Part shown: piece after piece, positions 30,534-39,509 of the stretch
How positions within the stretch are numbered: position 1 is the stretch's first letter
Layout: the number at the start of each line of letters is the position of its first letter
Source: Candidatus Omnitrophota bacterium
GTDB taxonomy: Bacteria > Omnitrophota > Gorgyraeia > Gygaellales > Profunditerraquicolaceae
Length of the DNA stretch: 64,000 bases
Direction of reading: 5' to 3'
Assembly: GCA_030650425.1 (NCBI GenBank)
Contig: JAUSED010000003.1
Location: 7,903-71,902 of the forward strand
Translations under genes and position numbers: made by a program
Notes under the pieces: model-generated
Told to the model about the DNA's origin: nothing
The model's input: only the letters and a program-made list of their open reading frames with translations
The model's database searches: none

Positions 30534-31331
30534 ATGAAAATAATTGACCTAAGCCTTCCTATAGACGACAAGGCATTTGAGGTGCACAAGGTTGCTATTG
30601 AGCGGGTGACCCATCAAGCGGGTGTCGAGAAATTTAACCGCCTGATTATGGGTAAAACCCTGCTAGGTAAAATTAAATACCTTTTGGGCCAGCGTATTCT
30701 CAAAAAAGAAGATTTACCTGATGAAGAATTCCTTTCTTTGGAAATCGTGCACTCTCCGGTGCATATCGGCACCCACCTTGATTATTCTTTCCACTATGGC
30801 TCAACTTCTGAAGGCCGCCCGTCAAAGACAGCGGAAGAAATCCCGCTGGAATATTGTTATCAAGACGGAGTGAAACTCGAGCTTACCCATAAGCAGCCCA
30901 ATGAGAAGATTATCGCCGCGGATATCACAGCCGCGCTTACCAAGATTAATTATAAATTAAAACCCTTAGATATTGTTTTCCTGCATACCGGCGCGGATAA
31001 ACTTTACGGTTCTTCCAAGTATTTCTCGGATTATCCGGGCGTAGATACCTCGGCGATAGATTATCTATTGGACCGCGGGGTTAAAATCTTCGGCGTGGAT
31101 ACGATGGGCATAGACCGGCCGTATAGATTTATGCTGAAGGAATTTTTGGATAATAAAGACACGCAAGCTTTGTATCCGGCGCATTTTTACGGTAGGAAAA
31201 GAGAATTTATCCATATTGAGAGGCTGGCGAACCTGGAGAAACTTCCGGAAACCGGATTTAAGGTCATTTGTTTTCCGGTGAAAATTAAGAGGACCGGTGC
31301 TGCCTGGGCAAGGGTGGTTGCAATTATCTAA
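30534..31331 (+). CDS. Cyclase-family protein (PF04199-like; kynurenine formamidase / putative polyketide cyclase fold).
   Basis: Metal-binding motif SPVHIGTHLDYSFHYG. Confidence 0.6.
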   Translation: MKIIDLSLPIDDKAFEVHKVAIERVTHQAGVEKFNRLIMGKTLLGKIKYLLGQRILKKEDLPDEEFLSLEIVHSPVHIGTHLDYSFHYGSTSEGRPSKTAEEIPLEYCYQDGVKLELTHKQPNEKIIAADITAALTKINYKLKPLDIVFLHTGADKLYGSSKYFSDYPGVDTSAIDYLLDRGVKIFGVDTMGIDRPYRFMLKEFLDNKDTQALYPAHFYGRKREFIHIERLANLEKLPETGFKVICFPVKIKRTGAAWARVVAII

Positions 31332-31336
31332 AAAAT

Positions 31337-31367
31337 GAGGGACCGTTTCCTGAAAGGAAACGGTCCC
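31337..31367. terminator. Intra-cluster hairpin gagggaccgtttcc-tgaaa-ggaaacggtccctag.
   Basis: 13-bp stem with a 5-nt loop immediately after the cyclase stop. There is no T-run, so it is more likely an attenuator or processing structure than a terminator. Confidence 0.35.
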
Positions 31368-31386
31368 TAGATTCTAGGAGGCCATT

Positions 31387-31827
31387 ATGGGACATACCTG
31401 TAATTCAGTTATAATTAACGCGCCCTATGATTTAGTTTTTGATATTTCCAATGATATCCCCCGCTGGACGGAATTATTCGGGAGTGAATACAAAAAAGCA
31501 GAAGTGGTGAAGAAGGAAGCAAATAAAATTACCTTCCGCCTGACTGATGACGAAGGTAAGTCTTGGCAGTCATGGAGATTACTTTTTAAGCAGAATAATT
31601 TTACTTACGCCGAAAGAGAAGAGCCGAAATTCCCTTTTCAATACATGAAAATCATCTGGCTTTATACGCTTAAACCGGAAGGGGTGGAATTAACCTGGAT
31701 CCAGCATTTTGCAATGGATGCAAAAGCCAAATTCAACGATGAGCAGGTCGAAGGTTTTATTAATAAGCATTCTAAGGATAATCTTTTAATTTTTAAGCGG
31801 GTAATCGAGCAGGCAGCAGGTAAGTAA
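31387..31827 (+). CDS. SRPBCC / Bet v1-fold polyketide cyclase-dehydratase-like protein.
   Basis: At 146 aa the pattern is typical of polyketide_cyc2 aromatase/cyclases (INAPYDLVFDISNDIPRWTELF ...). Confidence 0.55.
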   Translation: MGHTCNSVIINAPYDLVFDISNDIPRWTELFGSEYKKAEVVKKEANKITFRLTDDEGKSWQSWRLLFKQNNFTYAEREEPKFPFQYMKIIWLYTLKPEGVELTWIQHFAMDAKAKFNDEQVEGFINKHSKDNLLIFKRVIEQAAGK

Positions 31828-31842
31828 TTCTAGGAGGTTAAG

Positions 31843-32619
31843 ATGAATGAGCAATTAAAAGGTAAGGTTGCGATTGTGACGGGCGCCAGCCGCGGCATAG
31901 GTAAAGCCTTGGCTTCTACAGCAGCAAGTTTAGGGATTAATCTGGCGATAGCCGCGCGTCAAGAAGGCCCATTAAAAGAAACAGCCGAGGAGATCGCCAA
32001 GAAATATAAAGTTACTGTTTTAGCTATCCCTTGCGATGTCACCAAACTCGAAGATTTAGAGAATCTGGTGAATAAAACCAAGGAGAAATTCGGTAGAATT
32101 GATATTTTAATTAATAATGCCGGGGTTTCCTCGCAATATCCGTTTCAGGAGCAGCCGATTGAGGATTTCGAACGGCTGGCCCACACAAATTATTTGGGTT
32201 ATGTGCGCCTGATCCGCTTAGTGATCAACGATATGATTAAAAATAAAAGCGGCGCGATTATCAACATGGTCTCCGGTTCAACCCTCTGCGACCCGCTTCC
32301 ACGGAATTTTATTGTTTATAGCTCGCTTAAAGTCGGCCTGCGCGCATTTTCCAAGGGGCTTTTTTGGGAATTACGCGACCACGGAATAAAGGTAACCTCT
32401 ATATTACCCGGAGTGACAGATACGGATTTGACCGGGAAATTAAAAGAAATTACCGCAGATACCTCGCGGCTAATGACCACCGAGGCGATTGAAAACGCGG
32501 TAAGGTTTGCTTTAACTGTGCCGCAGAATGTTTGCCCGTTAGAAATAGCAGTAATTAACCAGCAGACGCCTTGGACTGCTCCGGTTATTCCATTTAAGCA
32601 GCAGCATCCGGGCAAGTGA
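31843..32619 (+). CDS. Short-chain dehydrogenase/reductase (candidate ketoreductase).
   Basis: Cofactor motif TGASRGIGKALA, NNAG, and a catalytic YSSLK-type tetrad region. Confidence 0.85.
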   Translation: MNEQLKGKVAIVTGASRGIGKALASTAASLGINLAIAARQEGPLKETAEEIAKKYKVTVLAIPCDVTKLEDLENLVNKTKEKFGRIDILINNAGVSSQYPFQEQPIEDFERLAHTNYLGYVRLIRLVINDMIKNKSGAIINMVSGSTLCDPLPRNFIVYSSLKVGLRAFSKGLFWELRDHGIKVTSILPGVTDTDLTGKLKEITADTSRLMTTEAIENAVRFALTVPQNVCPLEIAVINQQTPWTAPVIPFKQQHPGK

Positions 32620-32659
32620 CAAAATATTAAATACAGGTAGAGCAAGAAAGGGGATAAAG

Positions 32660-33268
32660 ATGAAAAAAATATTTTTGGTAATAGCGTTATTCTTCGGCGC
32701 AATGGGGATAAGCTTTGCCGCAGCTGAAAATTTGTTAGTCGACGATTTTGAAATTAGCGTATCCAGCGGCCCGAACGGCACAGTTGATTTTGGCGCGGGG
32801 AATGGCTCTACTGTAAACGTTACCGCAGCTGCCGAAGTTAAAAATACCGGGAAGCAGGCCCTTAAGGTAGATTTTGACGCGGTTACCGGCGGCTATATGT
32901 ACGTTGCCCGGGGAGAAGGATTGGACGCTCATAATACCGGATGGTTGGTTAGTCCCGAGGATATCAAGTGGCATGATTATAAGGCATTTTCTTTCTACAT
33001 GTATGGCTCGGATTCCAAAGGTAAGGTAGCTTTTGATATTAAAGATAATGCTAATGAAGTTTGGCGTTTTATCGTTGAGGATAATTTTGAGGGCTGGAGG
33101 CAGATTATTTGTAATTTCGAGCAATTTACCGCCAGAGGAGATTGGCAGCCGCAAAACGCCGATAATAACGCTGTGCTTAATTTTCCGGTGAGGTCTTTTC
33201 AATTCGAACCGCTTCCTCCGTTAAAAGGGACCATTTATCTTGATACTGTGGAATTAGTTAAAAAATGA
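32660..33268 (+). CDS. Secreted hypothetical protein with a beta-sandwich-like sequence.
   Basis: Signal peptide MKKIFLVIALFFGAMGISFAAA. No recognised motif. Confidence 0.45.
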   Translation: MKKIFLVIALFFGAMGISFAAAENLLVDDFEISVSSGPNGTVDFGAGNGSTVNVTAAAEVKNTGKQALKVDFDAVTGGYMYVARGEGLDAHNTGWLVSPEDIKWHDYKAFSFYMYGSDSKGKVAFDIKDNANEVWRFIVEDNFEGWRQIICNFEQFTARGDWQPQNADNNAVLNFPVRSFQFEPLPPLKGTIYLDTVELVKK

Positions 33269-34197
33269 TCATTGACGCGCATAGCCATTGGCTGCCGGAA
33301 GAAATAATTTCCAATGCCCATTTTTTTTCCAAAAGCTGGGGTGAGATCGAGCATCAGCTTGAGGCAATGGATGAAGCAGGGATTGATCAAGCCGTTCTCT
33401 CATATCCTACTTCCGACGCCCATCTTAAGTTAGGGAGTATTTCACTGGTTGCCCGGATTTTTAATGATAATGTAGCCAAAATCCTCAAAAAATATCCGGA
33501 CAGATTTATTGGCGCGGCAGTCCTGCCAGTGGACAACGGGAAGGATATGCAAGAGGAGGCTAAGCGGGCTATAGAAAAACTAGGGTTTAAGGCCTTCTCT
33601 TTGGCGAGCAGCTACAATGCTGTATATCTGGACGATCAGATCTTCTTACCTATATATAAGCTGGCGCAGGATGAGCATATACCGATTTTTGTGCATTCTC
33701 AGATTGTTAAGCCCATTGGCATCGAGCGCGTAAACGACCCGCTGCTTACCCCGGTAATCGAATATGTTTTTGATATGACGGTGTGTATTGGTAAGCTGCT
33801 GATGTCGGATATTTTACGCGATTATAAAACGAAATTTATCTTTGCATCTTTTGGCGGGGTAATTCCGTTTATAGCGCATAGGTTTGACGCGACCTACCAG
33901 ATGCTGCGGGGGATTAATTTTGTCAAAGACCTGCAAGCAATGCCTACAGAATTATTGAAGTATATTTATGTGGATACCAGCGGAGATAAGACCAAGGCGA
34001 ATTTTCAGGCAGCCTTGGAGTTACTCGGGCCAAAACATATTCTCTGGGGAAGCGATTGGCCAGCCAAAAAAGATATCGCCGCAGGAATGCAGGCGGTTAA
34101 AAATTTAGATATATCTAACGAAGACAAGCATAATATTTTAGGCGGTAATTTAGAACAGTTCTTGAACAGTAGGGGACATTTTCCGTCAGGGCTCTAA
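33265..34197 (+). CDS. Amidohydrolase-2 family enzyme (ACMSD-type metal-dependent decarboxylase/hydrolase).
   Basis: N-terminal MIIDAHSHWLPEE and a TIM-barrel hydrolase pattern. The last ~8 codons and the stop are encoded within a family-2 repeat element. Confidence 0.65.
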   Translation: MIIDAHSHWLPEEIISNAHFFSKSWGEIEHQLEAMDEAGIDQAVLSYPTSDAHLKLGSISLVARIFNDNVAKILKKYPDRFIGAAVLPVDNGKDMQEEAKRAIEKLGFKAFSLASSYNAVYLDDQIFLPIYKLAQDEHIPIFVHSQIVKPIGIERVNDPLLTPVIEYVFDMTVCIGKLLMSDILRDYKTKFIFASFGGVIPFIAHRFDATYQMLRGINFVKDLQAMPTELLKYIYVDTSGDKTKANFQAALELLGPKHILWGSDWPAKKDIAAGMQAVKNLDISNEDKHNILGGNLEQFLNSRGHFPSGL

Positions 34198-34225
34198 GAG
34201 GAGCCTCAAAAGGAAAGTGTCCTCT
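34171..34225. repeat. Family-2 palindromic element copy B: AGGGGACATTTTCC - loop - GGAAAGTGTCCTCT.
   Basis: Diverged copy. The loop is gtcagggctctaagaggagcctcaaaa versus gtcagggcctaactagaacttcaaaa at 5178. Confidence 0.75.
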
Positions 34226-34261
34226 ACTGACTCAAACGGAAATTCATTAAGAGAAAACATT

Positions 34262-34636
34262 ATGACTAAATTTTTTAATTTGATTATCGGCGGGGCGGTG
34301 GGAACAATTGCCAGATATCTCTTGGCCGGTGTTGTGTATAGGTATATGGGGACGAGTTTTCCTTACGGGACGCTGATAGTAAATATTTCCGGATGTTTTA
34401 TCTTAGGGGTTTTGGCATCTTTGGCGGATAAGAAATTTATCCTCGGGCCTGACGCCCGAATTTTACTGATGATTGGTTTTTGCGGCGCGTTTACTACTTT
34501 TTCAACCTTGATCTTTGAGACGGATAATCTTGTCAGGAATGGCCAGGCAATGCGTGCTTTTACCAATATCTTTGTGAGCGTGATTTTAGGCTTTATTTTA
34601 TTTAGGGTTGGTTCTTTAATCGGCGAAATTATTTAA
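34262..34636 (+). CDS. crcB: Fluoride channel CrcB/Fluc.
   Basis: N-terminus NLIIGGAVGTIARYLLAG and four TM helices, about 124 aa. The track start GTG 34217 lies inside the repeat element; ATG 34262 is preferred. Confidence 0.8.
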   Translation: MTKFFNLIIGGAVGTIARYLLAGVVYRYMGTSFPYGTLIVNISGCFILGVLASLADKKFILGPDARILLMIGFCGAFTTFSTLIFETDNLVRNGQAMRAFTNIFVSVILGFILFRVGSLIGEII

Positions 34637-34649
34637 ATAGGGGGTAAAG

Positions 34650-34979
34650 ATGAAAATTCCTGCGGACGGTAAACTCTTAAGGATTTTTGTGGGCGAAGCG
34701 GATAAGTGGAATGGCAAGCCGCTTTATGAGGAAATTGTACTTTTGGCTAAAAAAGAAGGCTTAGCCGGCGCAACCGCGCTAAAAGGGTTTATGGGTTTTG
34801 GATGTAAGAGCCATATGCATACCGCCAACCTGCTTAGGCTCTCCGAAGACCTACCGATTATTATTGAAATCGTAGATAGCGAGGATAAAATTAACCGTTT
34901 TATACCGCAACTGGATAAAATGGTCAAAGAAGGTCTGATTACTCTGGAAAAGGCTAACGTAATTATGTATCGCGCGTAA
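34650..34979 (+). CDS. DUF190-family protein, commonly co-located with crcB.
   Basis: LRIFVGEADKWNGKPLYEEIV...GATALKGFMGFG is characteristic of DUF190. Confidence 0.65.
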   Translation: MKIPADGKLLRIFVGEADKWNGKPLYEEIVLLAKKEGLAGATALKGFMGFGCKSHMHTANLLRLSEDLPIIIEIVDSEDKINRFIPQLDKMVKEGLITLEKANVIMYRA

Positions 34980-34997
34980 AAATAAGGAGAAATAAAT

Positions 34998-35747
34998 ATG
35001 CAAATGATTAAAGATGTGCATTTGACAGGAAAAGATTTGACGGAGATGGTGCAGCTGAGGCCGCAGGATGTCGCTAAATATGCGATTGTCCCCGGGCCAA
35101 GGGATAGGCTGGATGTCTTAATCAAAAAGATAGAAAATCCGGTGCGTAATTTTTCATTCATGGAGTACACGATGTATACCGGGACCTACCAAGGAATAAA
35201 AGTAACCGCAATTAACGGCGGCAGGTTCTCAACGGATACCTCGATTACCACCGAAGTAATCTGTAACGCGAAAATTGAAAACATCATTCGTGTAGGCACC
35301 GCCGGCAGTTTGGATGAAAATATAAAAGTAGGGGATTTGTTCGTGGTGGATGAAGTAATTCGCGGAGACGGGGTTACGCCATATTACGTGGATAAGAATT
35401 TTAAGACCGTAGCGGATAAGCAAATCGCCGATACCCTCTATGGAATCGGTAAAGATATGGGCTTAAACATCCATCGGGGTAAGGCTTGGACTACGGACGC
35501 GCTTTTACGCGAGACCAGAGAAATTGTCGAAGCCAAGCGTAAAGAGGGGGCAAGGGCGGTTGATATGGTCTCTTCAACACTGTTGACCATTGCCCAGACT
35601 TATAATATTAAAGCCGGCTCAATTTTAGCGGTCAGTGATAATGTTATTACGGGCGAAATGGGCTTTATGAACCCCCTTTATTATATGGCGGAGTCAAATA
35701 TTTTGAAAATAGCTTTAGAGGCAGTGGTAAAATTAGAGGGAAAATGA
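34998..35747 (+). CDS. Nucleoside phosphorylase, PNP/UDP family 1 (candidate 5'-deoxyadenosine/MTA phosphorylase).
   Basis: The phosphorylase fold has RVGTAGSL at the phosphate site. Context with the isomerase and aldolase genes downstream supports the call. Confidence 0.6.
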   Translation: MQMIKDVHLTGKDLTEMVQLRPQDVAKYAIVPGPRDRLDVLIKKIENPVRNFSFMEYTMYTGTYQGIKVTAINGGRFSTDTSITTEVICNAKIENIIRVGTAGSLDENIKVGDLFVVDEVIRGDGVTPYYVDKNFKTVADKQIADTLYGIGKDMGLNIHRGKAWTTDALLRETREIVEAKRKEGARAVDMVSSTLLTIAQTYNIKAGSILAVSDNVITGEMGFMNPLYYMAESNILKIALEAVVKLEGK

Positions 35748-36670
35748 AATTTTCTCCGTTATTTTGGCCGATTCAGTTCAAGAATGGCGTAATTTATATC
35801 CTTGATGAAACTCTCCTTCCGCATAAGCTTGCCTATATAAAGGCCAGAAACTATCAGCAGGCCTGCCGCGCGATCAAAGAGATGAAGACCCGCGCCGTTG
35901 GGCAAGTGCTCTTAGTGATGTATATTTTCCTGCAGTTAATTAAGCAGAAAAAGCAGAAAGATTTAGCCAAAGTAACCAAAGCCATTAACGCCACCCGGCC
36001 AACCTTATCTTTTAAATTTTTAACCGACATGGTTTTAGGTTGGGCTAAAGGCAAGGCGCCTTTAGAAAAATGTATTTTAGGATTTTTGGAAGGATTAAGA
36101 TGCAGCCGTATTCAACAGGCGGAAGAAGCAGCTAAGTTAATTAAAAACGGTGATTGCATACTGACGCATTGCAATGTCAGCGGCCTTATGCCTTTGATTG
36201 GAGAAATTTGCCGTAAGCAGGGGAAGAAGGTAAGTTTCTTTACCACCGAGACCCGTCCGTATCTGCAGGGTTCACGTTTAACTGCTTGGGAATTGCAAAA
36301 CGCGGGATTTGAGGTAACGATCATCACCGATGGGATGGTCGCCGCGGTTATGTCGCAGGGTAAAGTGAACAGAGTCATTGTCGGAGCGGATCATTTGGCG
36401 CGAAACGGCGATATTGCCAATAAAGTCGGCACCTACGCCATCGCGGTATTAGCCAGGCATTTCAAGCTTCCTTTTTATGTTTTATGCCCGCCGGCATCGC
36501 AATTAAAGAGCGGCAAAGAGATAAAGATAGAAATCCGTCCGGATAAAGAAATGTTGGAGTATCAGGGATTGAGGCTTGCGCCCAAAGGCGTAAAAGGGTA
36601 TTATCCGGCATTTGATATTACGCCTAGTAAATTAATTACCAAACATATACCTTTGGAGATCAAAAGATGA
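35744..36670 (+). CDS. eIF-2B-like (e2b2) sugar-phosphate isomerase; MtnA-like 5-(methylthio/deoxy)ribose-1-phosphate isomerase.
   Basis: VIVGADHLARNGDIANKVGTYAIAVLARHFKLPFYVL is the hallmark of the MtnA / R15P isomerase family. Confidence 0.7.
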   Translation: MKFSPLFWPIQFKNGVIYILDETLLPHKLAYIKARNYQQACRAIKEMKTRAVGQVLLVMYIFLQLIKQKKQKDLAKVTKAINATRPTLSFKFLTDMVLGWAKGKAPLEKCILGFLEGLRCSRIQQAEEAAKLIKNGDCILTHCNVSGLMPLIGEICRKQGKKVSFFTTETRPYLQGSRLTAWELQNAGFEVTIITDGMVAAVMSQGKVNRVIVGADHLARNGDIANKVGTYAIAVLARHFKLPFYVLCPPASQLKSGKEIKIEIRPDKEMLEYQGLRLAPKGVKGYYPAFDITPSKLITKHIPLEIKR

Positions 36671-37668
36671 TTTTCTGCAAAGAAAAGTCGATAAAAAAAG
36701 AAATTATCAAGATCGGCGCGCGGCTCTATCAAACCGGCTTGGCTGTGGCTAAGTCCGGGAATATCAGCAGCCGGCTTGACGATAAGAATATACTGATTAC
36801 CGCGACCGGGACATCTTTGGGGAATTTAAAATATCAGGATATCGTAAAAGTAAATTCGAATTCCTTAAGCTCGTCTGGCGTAAGTAAGCCAAGTTCAGAA
36901 TTGCCCTTGCACGCGTTAATCCATAAAAACTTTAGCGCTAAAACCATTCTCCACGCTCACCCTCCCTTAATCAACGGATATTTTGCGGTTTATTCCGAGA
37001 TCAAAGCGCTTACCTTTGAAACCAAGCTTTATCTGGGGAATGTTCCGGTTGTGCCTCAGGAGACTCCGGCGGTAACTAATCCGGAAGCAGTGGTTGAGGC
37101 CTTAAAATCCAGCAATCTGGTAGTCTTAAAAAATCATGGGGTAATCGCTGTCACGGATCAATTTTCTGACGGATTGAATCTAATCGAAGCCTTAGAAGAG
37201 GCAGTGCGGAGCGCGGCAGTAGCGAGAATTTTTAATAAAACAGCTCTGGACGATTTGGACAAGGCGTTCAAACAGGACATTACCCAGAATGCCGCGTTCC
37301 CGATGTTTTCCAAGGAGCATATTCAGGCAATCGTAGAGCTGGTAAATAAAGATGAATTTATCGCTCAAAAGGGAAAAGAACTGGATTTAACGGTGCAGCT
37401 GGCTATAAAATTAGACGAAAGTGATCAGGCCTATAAATTTAATTTTGAGCAAGGCAAAATCATTCGTTTAGATTCTGATATTGACGCGCCGTTTGTGATT
37501 TCTGCTCCGGGGCAGGTCTGGGAACTGGTATTTTTGGGGAAATTAGATTCATTTGTCGCGGTCACACAAGGAAAGATGAAATTAAAGGGTGATCTGGGTA
37601 AACTTTCTCGTTGGTATGTGCCTTTTACCCGTTTATTTGAATTATTCAGGCAGGTGAGGATAAAATAG
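36667..37668 (+). CDS. Class II aldolase/adducin-family protein (Ald2/MtnB-like) fused to a C-terminal SCP2-like domain.
   Basis: N-terminus GARLYQTGLAVAKSGNISSRL, and metal-binding HAHPP. The C-terminal ~110 aa (GKMKLKGDLGKLSRW) resembles an SCP2 sterol-carrier fold. Confidence 0.55.
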   Translation: MIFCKEKSIKKEIIKIGARLYQTGLAVAKSGNISSRLDDKNILITATGTSLGNLKYQDIVKVNSNSLSSSGVSKPSSELPLHALIHKNFSAKTILHAHPPLINGYFAVYSEIKALTFETKLYLGNVPVVPQETPAVTNPEAVVEALKSSNLVVLKNHGVIAVTDQFSDGLNLIEALEEAVRSAAVARIFNKTALDDLDKAFKQDITQNAAFPMFSKEHIQAIVELVNKDEFIAQKGKELDLTVQLAIKLDESDQAYKFNFEQGKIIRLDSDIDAPFVISAPGQVWELVFLGKLDSFVAVTQGKMKLKGDLGKLSRWYVPFTRLFELFRQVRIK

Positions 37669-37678
37669 GAGGTAGGAA

Positions 37679-38476
37679 ATGGATTGGGGAATGAAGAATC
37701 GCCTTAGCAGATTAATTCAACCGGATGGCCGCTGTTTTTTTATGCCTATCGATCACGGTTATTTTCAGGGCCCGACCAGCTGCTTGGAAAAACCCGCGCA
37801 AACAATTAAACCTTTGCTTCCTTATTTTGACGCGCTTTTTGTTACCCGCGGAGTTTTACGTTCGGTAATCGATCCGGGTTTCAATAAGCCAATCATTTTA
37901 AGGGTTTCCGGAGGAACGAGTATGGTGGGAAAAGATTTAGCCAATGAAGAGATCACCACTTCCATCGAGGAAATTATCCGGCTTAACGCGGCCGCGGTAG
38001 GCGTATCTATTTTTGTCGGGAGCGACTACGAAAAACAGACCTTGCTTAATCTGGCAAAATTAGTTAATGAATGCGGAAATTATGGTATTCCGGTAATGGC
38101 CGTTACTGCCGTGGGTAAGGAACTCGAAAAGAGGGATGCCCGCTATCTGGGTTTGTGCTGCCGGATTGCCGCGGAATTAGGCGCGGCCGTAGTCAAAACC
38201 TACTGGTGCGAGAAAGATTTTGATAAGGTAGTCAAGGGCTGCCCTGTTCCGGTGGTGATTGCCGGCGGCCCAAAATGCGCGTCCGAGGTTGATGTATTTA
38301 AATTTGTCTATGACGGAATGCAGAAGGGGGCGATCGGGATAAATTTAGGAAGGAATGTCTGGCAGAGCCCTCATCCGGAAGCTGTTGCAGCGGCGCTGCG
38401 GGCGATTATCCACGAAAAAGCGGATGTAAAAAAGGCGGGGAAAATTTTCGACGAAATTAAAAATAAAAATAAGTAA
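37679..38476 (+). CDS. Class I aldolase of the DhnA/FbaB (archaeal-type) family.
   Basis: TIM-barrel DeoC/FbaB-like pattern (FFMPIDHGYFQGP ... AVVKTYW). Confidence 0.5.
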   Translation: MDWGMKNRLSRLIQPDGRCFFMPIDHGYFQGPTSCLEKPAQTIKPLLPYFDALFVTRGVLRSVIDPGFNKPIILRVSGGTSMVGKDLANEEITTSIEEIIRLNAAAVGVSIFVGSDYEKQTLLNLAKLVNECGNYGIPVMAVTAVGKELEKRDARYLGLCCRIAAELGAAVVKTYWCEKDFDKVVKGCPVPVVIAGGPKCASEVDVFKFVYDGMQKGAIGINLGRNVWQSPHPEAVAAALRAIIHEKADVKKAGKIFDEIKNKNK

Positions 38477-38489
38477 GGAGTTCAGGGGT

Positions 38490-39509
38490 ATGCGCGTAGC
38501 GATGTATTACAATAACAGGGATGTTAGGATCGAAGACCTGCCTGAGCCTAAGATCAGCGACACCGAGTTATTGGTTAAGGTAAAGGCAAGCGGAATCTGC
38601 GGGAGCGATGTTTTGGAATGGTACAGGGTAAAAAAAGCGCCGCTTGTCCTCGGCCATGAGATCGCCGGAGAAATTGCTAAAATAGGCAAAGATGTAAAAG
38701 GCTTTCAAATCGGTGACCGGGTTTTTGTTTCGCACCATGTGCCCTGCAACACCTGTTACTATTGCCTAAATGGGAATCATACTGTTTGCGAAACTTTGCA
38801 TACGACCAATTATTATCCCGGGGGGTTTGCGGAATATATCAGAGTTCCGTCAATTAATGTTGAGCGGGGAGTATTTTTACTGCCGGATGAAATATCTTTT
38901 GAAGAGGGGACTTTTGTCGAACCGCTCGCCTGCGTTTTGCGCGGGCAGAGGATGATCAACATTAAACCCGGGCAAAGCATACTTATTTTAGGAGGAGGCA
39001 TTTCCGGATTATTGCACCTTTTGGCTGCGCGCGCTCAGGGAGCCGGCCGGATCATCGTAACGGATATCAGCGAATACCGCCTGAAAATGGCTAAAAGCCT
39101 GGGGGCTGATAGTGTGATTAATGCCAAAGAGGATGTTACGGTAATGCTGCGTAAGGCTAACCATAACCGTCTTAGTGATCAGGTGATTATTTGTACCGGA
39201 GCAACTTCGGCATTTATGCAATCTTTGCAATGCGTTGAGCGGGCAGGGACTATTTTGTGTTTCGCCGCAACTTTGCCGGGAGTAACTTTACCGGTTCCGG
39301 TGAATGATTTCTGGCGCAATAGCGTCAAGATTATGCATTCTTACGGCGCTGCGCCCGTAGATATAACGCAGGCAATAGAATTGTTACGCGCCAAAGTTGT
39401 GGAGGTCAAGAAGTTAATCACCCACTCTTTAGAGCTAGCGGAAGCAGCTAAAGGCTTTCAGCTGGCGGCCGAAGCAAAAGAATGCGTTAAGGTAATCCTT
39501 AAGCCATGA
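38490..39509 (+). CDS. Zinc-dependent medium-chain alcohol dehydrogenase.
   Basis: Catalytic Zn ligands GICGSDV and GHEIAGEI, structural-Zn cysteines CNTCYYCLNGNHTVC, and Rossmann motif LGGGISG. Confidence 0.9.
   Translation: MRVAMYYNNRDVRIEDLPEPKISDTELLVKVKASGICGSDVLEWYRVKKAPLVLGHEIAGEIAKIGKDVKGFQIGDRVFVSHHVPCNTCYYCLNGNHTVCETLHTTNYYPGGFAEYIRVPSINVERGVFLLPDEISFEEGTFVEPLACVLRGQRMINIKPGQSILILGGGISGLLHLLAARAQGAGRIIVTDISEYRLKMAKSLGADSVINAKEDVTVMLRKANHNRLSDQVIICTGATSAFMQSLQCVERAGTILCFAATLPGVTLPVPVNDFWRNSVKIMHSYGAAPVDITQAIELLRAKVVEVKKLITHSLELAEAAKGFQLAAEAKECVKVILKP

Noticed and set aside
34198-34261. Fluoride (crcB-motif) riboswitch upstream of crcB
   Set aside because: The gap is about 60 nt and is occupied by the family-2 hairpin. 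I could not find the conserved crcB-motif pseudoknot elements by eye. Left as absent pending an Rfam scan.
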